Positions 9,502 through 19,893 are shown, numbered from the stretch's first letter. The stretch: DNA of 64,000 nt from an uncultured delta proteobacterium (GCA_963792945.1 CAWBYM010000008.1:56792-120791); one strand, 5' to 3'. Translations and numbers: made by a program. Notes: generated from the letters alone by a model not told the origin.

Positions 9502-9996
9502 TCAGTTGACCGTATACCCTTTGCCTTCCAAACAGGTTCTGAATGCGCGGTTAAACCGATCGCGATCCCGAGACAGCTGGGCCGCTTCCTGCTGGGCCCA
9601 CTGTTGTTGGGTCTGGTTCTCTCTTCTGATTTGATCCGATCGACGCATGCCGCCCATCAAAGCGCCGGTGCTGGCGCCGATGGCCGCACCTCTGCCGGCC
9701 TCCCCCACAATGGCCCCCCCCACCACGCCGACGGCTGCGCCGCGGGCCGCGCCGCGAAGAAGTCCGCCCTGGGGGGCTTCCTGGGGTGGCGGTGGGGTGG
9801 TGGCGGTTGGAGTGGCCATGGGATCGAAACCCGTTTGCTGCCGGGCCCAGGTCTGGCACTCCATCTTGTCTCTATCCATTTGTTGCTGACTTTGGCCTTG
9901 GCTCGGAAACACAAAGAAATCCTGTGCCAGGACGACCTGGGTGGCGGCTAACAGGACAAAGAGTAGAATGGCAATATTTACAACAATGGTCTTCAT
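9502..9996 (-). CDS. Exported glycine-zipper (YMGG-like) protein
   Basis: Signal peptide; PSQGQSQQQMDRDKMECQTWA, GAARGAAVGVVGGAI...GAAIGA, FRTCLEGKGYTV. Confidence 0.8.
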   Translation of the reverse strand: MKTIVVNIAILLFVLLAATQVVLAQDFFVFPSQGQSQQQMDRDKMECQTWARQQTGFDPMATPTATTPPPPQEAPQGGLLRGAARGAAVGVVGGAIVGEAGRGAAIGASTGALMGGMRRSDQIRRENQTQQQWAQQEAAQLSRDRDRFNRAFRTCLEGKGYTVN

Positions 9997-10291
9997 ATTT
10001 ACCTCCCTATCTTAGCGTGATTATACCCGTTACTGTCCGGATGCCATTTTTTAAATGAATGTGGCTTTACCGGGTTGATCCTTTTTGGGGGGGATCGTTG
10101 ACTCACCGGCGGGAGAGATCCGCGAAGATATCATCCATTGCGGGTGTCGCCAGTTCCTCAGACGTTAGTTTAGAGTCCATCCGTAAATGGCTTTTTTCCC
10201 ACTGGGTCCCGCCACTGGCGGGATTCTCCGTGGGTTTTCCCAGCGGAAGATATCTCTATTTTCAATGGGACGCAACATTGTTTTCATCCCC

Positions 10292-10609
10292 TTAAATTCG
10301 TGGTTGCGTGACCTCCAGCTTCGCTGAATGGGAAATCTTGTGAATCGTGATTTCCGGTGGTCGACGTAACAAGCTCCTGACTCCTATCAATACCGAGAAT
10401 TGAATCGATTGCAGGTAGGTGTCCAAAGCTTTACGATCTGTCCACTTTCCCCAAAAAAGGAAATCGTTTTCATCTTCCGCGTTTTGATAAAATCCTGAGC
10501 CTAGGTTGTCCTTTTCCTTTTTAATCTCCGCAGCCAGAGAGCGAATGGTCTGCCAAACTTCTTGACGTTTGTCTTCAAGGACCTCAATCCTCACAAAGTG
10601 CAGAATCAT
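10292..10609 (-). CDS. Antibiotic biosynthesis monooxygenase (ABM) family protein
   Basis: 105 aa with ABM pattern: IKKEKDNLG.GFYQN.EDENDF..WGKWTDRKALDTYLQS.QF. Confidence 0.7.
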   Translation of the reverse strand: MILHFVRIEVLEDKRQEVWQTIRSLAAEIKKEKDNLGSGFYQNAEDENDFLFWGKWTDRKALDTYLQSIQFSVLIGVRSLLRRPPEITIHKISHSAKLEVTQPRI

Positions 10610-10685
10610 GGGGATTTTCCCTTCCTTGGTCTTTAAAGTTCCGAGGGTAAACCGGATATAACCTCACTGGGCCAGACAGATAAAA

Positions 10686-10702
10686 TCCAAATTTCATGCC
10701 AA
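10686..10702 (-). promoter_or_regulatory. Sigma-54-type promoter 1 (TTGGCATGAAATTTGGA)
   Basis: -24 TGGCA exact, -12 TTGG instead of TTGC; about 77 bp upstream of ABM gene; matched by two similar sites. Confidence 0.6.
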
Positions 10703-10817
10703 AGAGTTTGTTTTAATCGTTAGCTCAATAACCTGCTTAATTCAGGAGACTATTCAGATTTGAAAGGGTTACGCAAGCAAGGGCAAAGGCCCATTTTATG
10801 GTGGAATATAGAAGAAA

Positions 10818-10831
10818 CGCTAAATATCGCG
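10818..10831. promoter_or_regulatory. Candidate upstream activator site 1 (CGCTAAATATCGCG)
   Basis: Imperfect palindrome; TAAATATCGCG begins 119 bp from the promoter 5' edge. Confidence 0.6.
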
Positions 10832-11109
10832 TAATTTTTTTAACAGGCGTATCGCTCTGAAGGGGGGAAAATAGTCGGTCAGGGCAACATATTTTGTGTC
10901 CGGCGGAATCTGGAGTTTGCCGGGCCCCTTGACAGCAGCGGGCGCGTGTTCGCCGCTGTCTATCCCGCAGTTGGAATTTCCAAATTCGTTGTGTTGTGCT
11001 ACATTCGTGTGGTATTGCCCTCCTCGGACGGGTCCGATGGTCGGCGTTTCATTTCCGTTCATCCACCCGGTCGGCCATCCGAACTTTCAGAGGCACTCCA
11101 AGAGATTCT

Positions 11110-12066
11110 ATGAAGCAGCCCGTACAGATAGGAACCGCCACCCGGTCATTCCTGAGTTCCCGGGTGCTGCCGTTGCGCCCGGTTCAGCTGGTGATCCAGA
11201 CCGGTTTGAAATGGGACCGTGACAACTGCACGGGTATGGCCGCAGCGCTTTCCTATTTCGCTTTATTCTCGCTTTTCCCGCTGCTCCTGGTCATTTTGAG
11301 CATTGTCGGGGCACTGATCGGACCGGAGACACAGGCATTTGAATACATTCAAAAGTTAATCGTAAGGGATCTGCCGCCGGCGGTGCAAGAGGTGGTGGTC
11401 GGGACCGTCATCGCGCTCAACGAAAACAGCGTGGGGGCCGGACTTGTGGGGTTCAGCCTGCTTTTTTTTACGGCCAGCAAACTGTTCGCGATTCTGCGCC
11501 AGTCGGTGAACAAAATCTGGGAATCCCCGGCCCGCATCTCCGAGGCCGGCTCGATCCCCCGGATGGTTCTCTTCTTCATCCTCAACAAGCTGGTGGCCTA
11601 TCTGCTGGTGCTGGCGACCGCCTTACTCCTGTTGGTGTCTTTCGTGGCGAACACTTTCATCCGGGCTGTCATTGATCTGGTCAACCGCTTCCAGGAAAAT
11701 GTCGCCTTCATCCAGCAGATGGACGAACTGCTGCTCACCCGCGGTCTTCAGGCCGGCACTTCGGTCGTCATCCTGAGTGTAACCTTGTGCATTCTCTTCA
11801 AACTCCTGCCCACGGTCCGTCCCCAGTGGCGAGATGTATGGCTGGGGGCCATCCTGACGGCTTTCATGCTCGTAGGGCTGCAAAAGTTGGCTACGGGCGG
11901 TGTCGTTTCCGTTTTCAGCAAATTTCTGTCCTATGGGGCGATCGGCAGCGTCATGATTCTGTTACTGTGGGTCTTCATGGCCTGCCAGATCGTTTTTGTA
12001 GGATGTGAGTTTTCCTACGTCTACGCAAAGCTTTACGGCAGCCGCGGGGAAAATCAGCGGGCGTGA
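11110..12066 (+). CDS. YihY/virulence factor BrkB family membrane protein
   Basis: MAAALSYFALFSLFPLL, LRQSVNKIW, W.DVWLGA, YGAIGSVMILLLWVF motifs; start placed at ATG 11110. Confidence 0.88.
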   Translation: MKQPVQIGTATRSFLSSRVLPLRPVQLVIQTGLKWDRDNCTGMAAALSYFALFSLFPLLLVILSIVGALIGPETQAFEYIQKLIVRDLPPAVQEVVVGTVIALNENSVGAGLVGFSLLFFTASKLFAILRQSVNKIWESPARISEAGSIPRMVLFFILNKLVAYLLVLATALLLLVSFVANTFIRAVIDLVNRFQENVAFIQQMDELLLTRGLQAGTSVVILSVTLCILFKLLPTVRPQWRDVWLGAILTAFMLVGLQKLATGGVVSVFSKFLSYGAIGSVMILLLWVFMACQIVFVGCEFSYVYAKLYGSRGENQRA

Positions 12067-12339
12067 TTGGTTGTGTTCAAACCGGGTGCTTTGCATCCCG
12101 CCAACGGCGGGATGACAACCGCAACGATTAACCCACTGACGTGCTGTTGTTTTTCCGGCCTATGGCCGGAAATCCAAGCCACCCGCTTTGCGGGTGTTCG
12201 TTGACGGGTGCCCGGCCAGAGCCGGTGCTGAGGCCACTGCCCAATAGCCGCAGTTTACGGCAGGGTCAATTCCTGCATTTTGATCCGGATATCAAAATCC
12301 GTTCCATCAAACCCGTTCCGACACCGTCGGGTGCGCGGT

Positions 12340-14361
12340 TCAGGCTTTGCGCAGCGGTTCCTCGGGCCTGGGTGCTTCCGCGCCGTTTGCTTCGGCGGGG
12401 TCTGGATCAGACGACAGGCGTTCGGCGGATTCCGCCGAATCAAGGTTTTCGCCGCCGGCTTCCGGGCTGCCGTAGGGTGGATAGTCGAGTGTGCCTTCGA
12501 GCCGCTCGATTTCCTCACGCGACAGGCGCGGAAAAGGCAGCTGCTTGTTTTTGCGCCACGCGGCGACCGTCGCCTTCGCCTCCCCGGCGCTCTTGGCGTC
12601 AAGACCGGTATCGCGGGACATGTAAAGCGTCTGGGATGGAAATGCGAAGCCGCTGCCCGCCCCGGTCACGATGTCATAGACACGCAGAAGGATGTCTTCC
12701 CGGATCGCGAAGAAGTCGTTCCATTCGCGCGTCTCGGCGTAGACCCTTATGTTGATGTTGAGCGCGCTGTCGCCGTAACCAGTGAAGCGGACCCGGACCG
12801 TGGTGCTGTCGATCCGGGGATGGGCGTGCAACATCTTGCGCAGCTGGGCAAGAAGATACCTCAACTGGTCCGGTTCGGTTTCATACCGCAGGCCGATGGT
12901 TTCGTCGATCAGCATCTGGTCGCATTCGGCCCAGTTGACGATCTGCATGTCGGCGAACTGCGCGTTTGGTACTGAGATCAGCGTGCGATTGATTGCGCGA
13001 AGCGTGGTCGAACGGATTCCGATTCCTTCGACGGTGCCCTTTTCGTCGCCGAAGCTGCAGAAGTCGCCCACCCGAACCGGGCGGTCGATGTACAGTATGA
13101 CGCCGCCGACAAGGTTTTCGAGCGTCGGTCGCAGGGCCAGTGCCACTGCAAGGCCGCCGATGCCGAGACCGGCCAGAACGCTCATGATCGGCAACCCGAT
13201 CTCCTGCCCCCCGAACGCCAGGATCACGGCCACCCCGATGATGCCAATTAAACCGGAGACCAGGCGCAGAAGATTGGCGTCCAAGCTCTCGTCCGGAATG
13301 CGGGGCGACCGGATCACCCATTCGAAGAGCATGCGAACGCCGAGCCAGAAAAGCCACGCATAGGCCAGACTGCCGGTCAGTGTCTGTACCGTCGCGATGG
13401 CAGCGGCGAACGCACCCGAGATGTTGATCTGGTGCGAGAAGTAGGGCAGTGCCAATGATACCGCCCCGAGAATCGCCAGAGGCAGGATCGCGCGCAGGGC
13501 CAGCGCGGCGAGCCGGGCTGCGGGCGTATGCGCCGCAAGGATCCGCTGCAGACCGGCGATCAAAAGGGCCATCGCCATGACGAAGAGCATGACGACGATG
13601 ATTTTCCAAACCGGTGTTCCGAGCCACAGGCCCCTGAGCGGCGCCGGCATCTGCCGCACGATGGTCGCGGGAAATAGGGGACCGGTAAGCTGCGGTGAAA
13701 AATCTGTATAACTGGTGATATCGAGCCGGGTTTGCAGCGGCAGATTAGCGATCTGGCGAAAAAACCGCGGGGCGACCTGAACAGTCGATGGGCTGAACAG
13801 GTACTCCCCTTCGCGGTCGCCTGCGGACATGCGCATGATTCTCAGCGGCGTCCGCTCGATGCGATAACTCACGGCTTCTTTTTGATCGAGCTCGGCCTCA
13901 TCCGGCAGCTCGGCCAGATCGGGGTGCGGAATACGCCCGAAGATATCCATCAGATAGACCCCGGTCTTGATGCCGACCTCGCGGCGCGAGGGTTCGGGGA
14001 CCTGATGGAGATCGATCAACGCGACCATCTGGTCCGAAACGATCGCCAGGCGAGCGGCGTGGGGGCGCGAGGGGCTTTGGGTATAGGCAACCAGCGCGGC
14101 TTCCATTTCATCGTTCAGCCGCAGGAACGTGGCCAGCGTGTCGCGGGGGCTGTCCGTGCGTATAGGCGATGGGGGGGACAAATACGCGACGGGTGGCGTA
14201 GTCTGTGCCCAGGAAGCCCCGGGATCGATCGATCCCGGGGCCAGCAAGACGATCCAGGCGATGATTTTCACGAGATGGATATATTTTTTAGAAGTCAATT
14301 CAAATGCCTTGAGTGATTCCAAAATAGAAGCATAATTTTCGGGCCATACCCCATTTCCCAT
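12340..14361 (-). CDS. MscS family small-conductance mechanosensitive channel with long N-terminal periplasmic region
   Basis: LAGLGIGGLAVALAL..TLENLVGG, DRPVRVGDFC, GTVEGIGIRSTTLR, VPNAQF, FAFPSQTLY; start uncertain. Confidence 0.88.
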   Translation of the reverse strand: MGNGVWPENYASILESLKAFELTSKKYIHLVKIIAWIVLLAPGSIDPGASWAQTTPPVAYLSPPSPIRTDSPRDTLATFLRLNDEMEAALVAYTQSPSRPHAARLAIVSDQMVALIDLHQVPEPSRREVGIKTGVYLMDIFGRIPHPDLAELPDEAELDQKEAVSYRIERTPLRIMRMSAGDREGEYLFSPSTVQVAPRFFRQIANLPLQTRLDITSYTDFSPQLTGPLFPATIVRQMPAPLRGLWLGTPVWKIIVVMLFVMAMALLIAGLQRILAAHTPAARLAALALRAILPLAILGAVSLALPYFSHQINISGAFAAAIATVQTLTGSLAYAWLFWLGVRMLFEWVIRSPRIPDESLDANLLRLVSGLIGIIGVAVILAFGGQEIGLPIMSVLAGLGIGGLAVALALRPTLENLVGGVILYIDRPVRVGDFCSFGDEKGTVEGIGIRSTTLRAINRTLISVPNAQFADMQIVNWAECDQMLIDETIGLRYETEPDQLRYLLAQLRKMLHAHPRIDSTTVRVRFTGYGDSALNINIRVYAETREWNDFFAIREDILLRVYDIVTGAGSGFAFPSQTLYMSRDTGLDAKSAGEAKATVAAWRKNKQLPFPRLSREEIERLEGTLDYPPYGSPEAGGENLDSAESAERLSSDPDPAEANGAEAPRPEEPLRKA

Positions 14362-14786
14362 TAATTCGTTGGTTGAACCGATTGTTTGTGCCGACTGTCG
14401 ATTATATGCCGTCAATCTCACTTTTCTCCATCTACACTTTAGAATGTGTAACGTCAAGTGTATGAATACGGGAAGAATCCTGCCGGTGCAAACTCTCGGC
14501 AGATACAGATCGGCGACTTTTGCGTCCTTTCGGCCGTGCGCTCAATGTCGGGAGAATGCCTATTGAGTGTTTCGCGAGCCCGTAGCCGGGAAATTAGGGC
14601 CGCCATGTTGCCAATCCTAAATTGCTCCTTATCTATATCAGTTAATGCACCCTTCGTCTTTTTCACTATACTCAACCCGCTGGTCTCCACCCAGCTGGCG
14701 TTTGCCGAGGTCCGTTCGCTGAAAAGCGAGGGCGATGGGGGAGGGGATGGCATGGCAAAAATCGAACCCGAAAGGAGTGACATCGT

Positions 14787-15356
14787 ATGAAGAACAAACA
14801 AATTTTTCTGACGGCTTTGGCCGTTTTTCTAGTGTTCGCCATGGGCTGCAGCACCACCGGGCCGAGTTCGGGCGATCCAGCAACCAGGCGTGCCCGCATC
14901 GATGCCGGCGTCGACAACGCCCTCGCCGAGCTGCACCAGCAGGTGCCGGGGTCGAAGGAGCTGGTGAACCAGGCACGGGGCGTGCTGGTGTTCCCGAACG
15001 TGGTGGAAGCCGGATTCGTAATCGGCGCCTCACGCGGTGAAGGCGCGCTGCGCGTGGGCGGTAGGACCAAGAGCTACCACGCCACCACCAGCGGGACCTT
15101 CGGCTTTCAAGCCGGAGCGCAGTCGACCGCGATCTTTTTGTTGTTTATGACTGACGACGCGCTGAGAAGGTTTGAGAACAGCAAGGGCTGGACGGTGGGG
15201 GCCGACGCATCGGTGACCTTGATCTCGGTCGGCGCCAGTGCCCAGGTGACCTCTGTCACAGCCCAGCAGCCCGTCATCGGTTACGTGCTCGTCAACCGTG
15301 GGCTCATGGGGGGGATTTCCCTGGACGGAACGCGCATCACCCCTCTGAATCTGTGA
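14787..15356 (+). CDS. YSC84/SYLF-domain lipoprotein
   Basis: Lipobox AMGC; ARGVLVFPNV..AGFVIG...GEG.LR, GFQAGAQ, GWTVGADASV, GLMGGISLDG. Confidence 0.85.
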   Translation: MKNKQIFLTALAVFLVFAMGCSTTGPSSGDPATRRARIDAGVDNALAELHQQVPGSKELVNQARGVLVFPNVVEAGFVIGASRGEGALRVGGRTKSYHATTSGTFGFQAGAQSTAIFLLFMTDDALRRFENSKGWTVGADASVTLISVGASAQVTSVTAQQPVIGYVLVNRGLMGGISLDGTRITPLNL

Positions 15357-15617
15357 CCGGCGGCGGCCGGGTAATCCGGCCACACGCAGAGGAAGGCGGG
15401 AGACGTGCCGGTCTGTGGGGAGACACTCCCTCCCGCAATAGTTGAGCCGCCGAACTCCTTGCCGGCATGAATGATCCGTTTGCCTCGGATTCTGGCAAGA
15501 GGCCCGTTTGCAAGATATCGGCCGGGAAAAGTGGGCTTAGATTAACCTGCCGTTTTCGGTGTAAGATATCGGAATATCAATTTATTCTTACGATTTTGCC
15601 CCGTGGCGTCTAGCTCC

Positions 15618-15769
15618 TCAGCCGATAGGTGACGCGCTATTTTTTTGGCGGCCTTGGCAACGGTCTCGCGGAGTTCGGTTGAACCGGGATTGCTGACGGA
15701 TCGCGTGACCAGGATGTCCACCGGTCTTACCTCTTTGCCGAAATAACGGGTGTTCCACTCGGTGAACAA
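15618..15769 (-). pseudogene. C-terminal fragment of another SYLF-domain gene
   Basis: WNTRYFGKEVRPVDILVTRSVSNPGSTELRETV resembles the SYLF C-terminus (N..YYG..V.P.DIL); no N-terminus present. Confidence 0.45.
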
Positions 15770-15807
15770 GATCCGGGAATCCCCTTTCTAAAGACCTGTT
15801 ATCTCGT

Positions 15808-17262
15808 CTAAAAAGTACCGAACAGGGTGGCAAAAAAAATGAGAGTGACCAGAGAAATCATCGGCACGACGACGGCGACTGCAAAAACATCGAAATAGGC
15901 TTCGCGATGAGATAGTTTACAGATGCTCAGGATGGTAATGACGGCGCCGTTGTGGGGCAGCGCGTCCAGAGCGCCGGATGCCACCGCTGTCACGCGGTGC
16001 ATGGCCTCCAAAGAGATGCCGTAATCGTGGGCCATCTGGACGTAGGTGGAGCCGAGCGCATCGAGCGCGATGCTCATGCCGCCGGAGGCCGAGCCGGTCA
16101 ACGCCGACAACACGTTCACTGCCGCCGCCAGGGATATGAGAGGGTTGCCGGCGCCGATCGACAGCACGGCCTCGCGAATCATGTCGAAAGCCGGTAGAGC
16201 GGCGATGACCGCACCGAATCCAACCAGGCTGGCGACATTGAAAATAGGCAAAACGGCGGCGTCCGCACCGTGGTTCAGGCTGATTTTCAGGCTTTCGAAA
16301 CGGGTACGGTTCGCGAGTGCCAGGAACAGGATCGCAAGGAAGAGGGCAACGATGATGGCCCAAACACCGCGTACATTCTCAATGGTTGTGGCGCCGAAGC
16401 GGGGTTCGGCAAGGTGGGTGGTATCCATCATCGGAACGAGGAACTCGATAAAAGCGAAGTTCACCGCGATGACAATGATCACCGGTGCCAGCGCGAGCCA
16501 AAAGGAGGGCGGCTCTGCGGCATCGGTACGATCTTGCGTCAGCTCGTTGATGTCAAAGCCGCAGCCCTGTGTATGTTCACGCATCACTCCGTCCGGCGCA
16601 GGCAGGTTGTCGTCGTGTACGCCATACCCCTCTCCGGCGGCCCGCGCTTTGGCCAAGCGGCGGTTCAGCCAGGCTGTTCCGAGTAAAAACATGATGATGC
16701 CCGTTATGATCCCCAGACCCGGTGCGGCGAATGCAGTGGTGCCGAAGAACGGCATCGGGATCGCATTTTGGATGGCCGGGGTCCCCGGCAGCGCAGACAT
16801 CGTAAACGTGAATGCGCCCAGGGCAAGCGTTCCCGGAATCAGGCGCTTGGGAATATCGGCATCGCGGAACAGGGCTGCGGCCACCGGAAATATGGCGAAA
16901 GCAACAACGAACAGCGACACGCCCCCGTAAGTCAACACACCGCAGCAGAGGACGACCGCCATGATGGCCCGCTCGGCTCCCAACCGGATGATAACCGATC
17001 GCGCGATGGATTTGGCCGAGCCGCTGTCCTCCATCAATTTGCCAAAAATCGCGCCCAGAATGAATAGCGGAAAGAAGGCGATAATGAACGTACCGGTACC
17101 GGTCATGAAGATCTGGGTATAGGCCGTCAGCAATGGAAGCCCGCCGGCAATGAGTGCGGCCAGCAGCGCCATCCCGGGTGCTAATATAAGCAGCGTCACC
17201 CCGCGGAAGGCCAAATACATAAGCAGACCGAGGGCCATCAGGATGGAAAGAATGTCGATCAT
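15808..17262 (-). CDS. GntP family permease (hydroxybutyrate/organic acid permease-like)
   Basis: FPLFILGAIFGKLMEDSGSA, LTYGGVSLFVVAF, ALPGTPAIQNAIP, TGSASGGMSIAL, LPHNGAVIT; ATGA-coupled to patatin gene. Confidence 0.88.
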   Translation of the reverse strand: MIDILSILMALGLLMYLAFRGVTLLILAPGMALLAALIAGGLPLLTAYTQIFMTGTGTFIIAFFPLFILGAIFGKLMEDSGSAKSIARSVIIRLGAERAIMAVVLCCGVLTYGGVSLFVVAFAIFPVAAALFRDADIPKRLIPGTLALGAFTFTMSALPGTPAIQNAIPMPFFGTTAFAAPGLGIITGIIMFLLGTAWLNRRLAKARAAGEGYGVHDDNLPAPDGVMREHTQGCGFDINELTQDRTDAAEPPSFWLALAPVIIVIAVNFAFIEFLVPMMDTTHLAEPRFGATTIENVRGVWAIIVALFLAILFLALANRTRFESLKISLNHGADAAVLPIFNVASLVGFGAVIAALPAFDMIREAVLSIGAGNPLISLAAAVNVLSALTGSASGGMSIALDALGSTYVQMAHDYGISLEAMHRVTAVASGALDALPHNGAVITILSICKLSHREAYFDVFAVAVVVPMISLVTLIFFATLFGTF

Positions 17263-18335
17263 TTGGGTTTGTTCCTTTGCGTGCCTTCTGCCAGATGGGC
17301 CGGCTTGAGGCTCTCTTCGAAGACAAAGGTGGGCCTCCAGGAGGAGCGCTCGCCCAGATCCTCGAAATGCTCCGACATCCAATTCTCCGCGGTCCGCCAG
17401 CCAATATCATGGAGATGCTGCAGGAAGGCCCAGTCTGCATTGAGTTTGCTGGACACGCTGAGCTTCTGCATCTCTTCCTCGGAATGAATCAAATGGAGGC
17501 GGCAGTCCCGGTAGGCTTCACGCTCAAGGCCTTCATGGTGAATGATCTCCCACAGAAAAGCGACCGCACGCAATTCCTTTATCAGGCTGGCATTGAAAGT
17601 GATTTCATTCAACCGGTTATTAATTTCGTAGGCCGTCCGGGGAATTTTAGATCGGGTAAAAGGGTTGATCTGGACAATCACGATGTCGCGGGCCTCCGTC
17701 TCATCGATAAGCGGGAAAATCGGTGGGTTGCCCATGTAACCGCCATCCCAATAGGCCTCACCCTCGATTTCAACGGCTTGAAATAAAAAAGGCAGGCAGG
17801 CCGAAGCCATGGCGGTATCGACTGAGATGGCCGGCTGTCGGAAAACCTTTGGACGCCCGGTCCGCACGTTGGTGGCGGAGAGGAAAAGTTTCGGCGCCTG
17901 GGGCCGGTTGATGACGTCAAAGTCAAAAAAATCGGCGACGATCTCGCGCAGAGGGTTAAAGTTGAGCGGATTGAGCTCGTAGGGCGAGAAGGTTCGCGAA
18001 AGATGCTCAAACAGGATGAAGCCGGGAGACAGATCCAAGCTCCAGCGTCCCATCATGACGTCGAAGAAAGACCGCTGGATAGGGCTCATCCGTCCGGCCT
18101 CACTCACCTTCTTCCAGAAGCCCGAGAGCAGCTCCTGCGCGGTTTTGGCGCCGCTGTCCGCCAATCCCTGGGTCAACGCCAACGCGTTCATGGCGCCGGC
18201 GCTGGTCCCACTGATGCCTTCAATCTCTATGCGCCCGTCGTCGAGCAGGCAGTCCAGAACACCCCAAGTAAAGGCGCCGTGGGCACCGCCGCCCTGAAGT
18301 GCGATATCGATTTTTTTTGTACGGCTGCTCTTCAT
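17259..18335 (-). CDS. Patatin-like phospholipase/esterase
   Basis: LQGGGAHGAFTWG, GTSAG nucleophile elbow, YWDGGY catalytic Asp. Confidence 0.92.
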   Translation of the reverse strand: MKSSRTKKIDIALQGGGAHGAFTWGVLDCLLDDGRIEIEGISGTSAGAMNALALTQGLADSGAKTAQELLSGFWKKVSEAGRMSPIQRSFFDVMMGRWSLDLSPGFILFEHLSRTFSPYELNPLNFNPLREIVADFFDFDVINRPQAPKLFLSATNVRTGRPKVFRQPAISVDTAMASACLPFLFQAVEIEGEAYWDGGYMGNPPIFPLIDETEARDIVIVQINPFTRSKIPRTAYEINNRLNEITFNASLIKELRAVAFLWEIIHHEGLEREAYRDCRLHLIHSEEEMQKLSVSSKLNADWAFLQHLHDIGWRTAENWMSEHFEDLGERSSWRPTFVFEESLKPAHLAEGTQRNKPK

Positions 18336-18667
18336 TCCTACCTCCGCTTAGCTAGTTGCGTTGGAATTGTGTTTTGGGCCATTTTAATGCATGGAACCTG
18401 CCGGACTTTCTTCCGGCCATCCTCACGGCCGTCGTGTCAATCTTCTTCGGTCTTGCTATCCGCCGCAACGCCGATCTTGGCCTGGTTGACTCCGATGTTG
18501 CCGTTGCGGGGATCGGGAAAGCGCCCGCGAACGGCCCGATCTTGCCGGCATAGGAGAGCCTGATCTCGGCGACGCGGCGATCGCGTTGGCGGATGAGCGC
18601 GACGACTTCGAAGGCTTACCTATCGACGACGAAAAAAACGGCCTCCGGCTCCGAAGGGCCAAGGGGG

Positions 18668-19633
18668 TTATCGCCGGGCCGTAATGCGTTGCCCGTCCGG
18701 GGTGTGCAGCACCAGGCGCCCCTGGGGGCCGATCTCGAAGCGGTGGGTTTTCTGGAGCAGCTCCAGGAAGCGCGCCTCCTGGCGGCTCAACGGTTCCTCG
18801 CAGGCCATCATCGTTCCACCCATCTGCCCGAAGGAAAGCCCCTCCCCGGTTAGCTGAAAGCTACCCATGAAACGGTTGCAAGAGGCGTTTCCGGCCACGC
18901 GGCCCTCCTCTAAAAAGAGGATCGTCGGCTCGGATTTGTCCATCATCGGCACGCCGCCGATGGTCTCCACGATCCACTCCAGGCCGGTGAGGAGGCTTTG
19001 AGGTGATCCGCCGCAACCCGCGTGCGACTTACCGTCGAGATCGTAGCGCACCCGATAGGGGTGCGGCATCCCGGTGGCGACATCGGCGCAGATTTCCGGC
19101 CGGACGGCTACCGAGAGGCGGCGGGCCCCCGTCTCGGTCCGATAGAGGAAGCCATCGGGGGTTATCTGCGGATCGGTTTTCGGCATGCGGAGCTCAAGGG
19201 CGCCATAGTTGGCATTGAGAAAGATCGTGTCGGCATCGATCGTGATCAGCCACCCGGGTTCCTGGCCGCGGGCGGTGAAGGGGAGTTCGGGCTCCCGCAG
19301 GATGCGGCACTCCGGCAGATCCCGGCCGCGCACGGTCACCATGGCCCGTTCGCCCTTGCTCCAGAAACCGGTGGCGGTGTCGTCGACGGCCGCATAGCGG
19401 GCCCCGGAGGCTGACACGGCGGGTTTCAGATCAAAGGATTCACCGGCAACGGTCATCCGCTCGCGCCCCTTCGATGCACTGAACACGACCGGGATATCCC
19501 CGCACAGAAAAAAGGCTTCGACATGGGTCGCCGGCTGTGCGGCGCTCTGGCCCGGTCCGGTTCTGTCCGTTAGACTGCAGCCTGCGGGAACCAATACCGC
19601 GGCTGCCAAAGCTCCCATCAATAGTCTCTTCAT
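18668..19633 (-). CDS. Lipoprotein with MliC-like, membrane-associated and META (HslJ-like) domains
   Basis: Lipobox PAGC; SASGARY...FWSKG (MliC), ARGQEPGW, GNASCNRFMG...TMMAC (META); start at ATG 19633 with AAAGGAGG RBS. Confidence 0.85.
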   Translation of the reverse strand: MKRLLMGALAAAVLVPAGCSLTDRTGPGQSAAQPATHVEAFFLCGDIPVVFSASKGRERMTVAGESFDLKPAVSASGARYAAVDDTATGFWSKGERAMVTVRGRDLPECRILREPELPFTARGQEPGWLITIDADTIFLNANYGALELRMPKTDPQITPDGFLYRTETGARRLSVAVRPEICADVATGMPHPYRVRYDLDGKSHAGCGGSPQSLLTGLEWIVETIGGVPMMDKSEPTILFLEEGRVAGNASCNRFMGSFQLTGEGLSFGQMGGTMMACEEPLSRQEARFLELLQKTHRFEIGPQGRLVLHTPDGQRITARR

Positions 19634-19893
19634 GCATTTCCTCCTTTGCCGGAGCGATCCTCCGGCAGGCGCGTATCGTTTTTCAGCATGCGGAATCCGG
19701 TGAAGGCATACAGAATCGAGACCAGCGGGTTCAACAGGTTGAAAAAGGTGAACGGTACGTAGCTGAGGGTGGCCACCCCGAGGGTCGCGGCCATGTAGGC
19801 ACCGCAGCTGTTCCACGGGACCAGGGCCGAAGTGACGGTGGCCGTATCACCGATCGCGCGGGAGAGGACCACCGGCGCAAGGCCGCGGCGAAG
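19630..19893 (-). pseudogene. C-terminal remnant of NhaC Na+/H+ antiporter gene
   Basis: GLAPVVLSRAIGDTATVTSALVPWNSCGAYMAATLGV..LSY.PF.FFN is the NhaC C-terminal signature; 5' part missing. Confidence 0.7.

Noticed and set aside
10059..10290. Possible small or frameshifted gene downstream of the ABM gene
   Set aside because: Only a 40-codon ORF plus an unlinked frame; no recognisable motif
18340..18665. Possible gene between the META and patatin genes
   Set aside because: Short low-complexity ORFs without RBS or recognisable similarity
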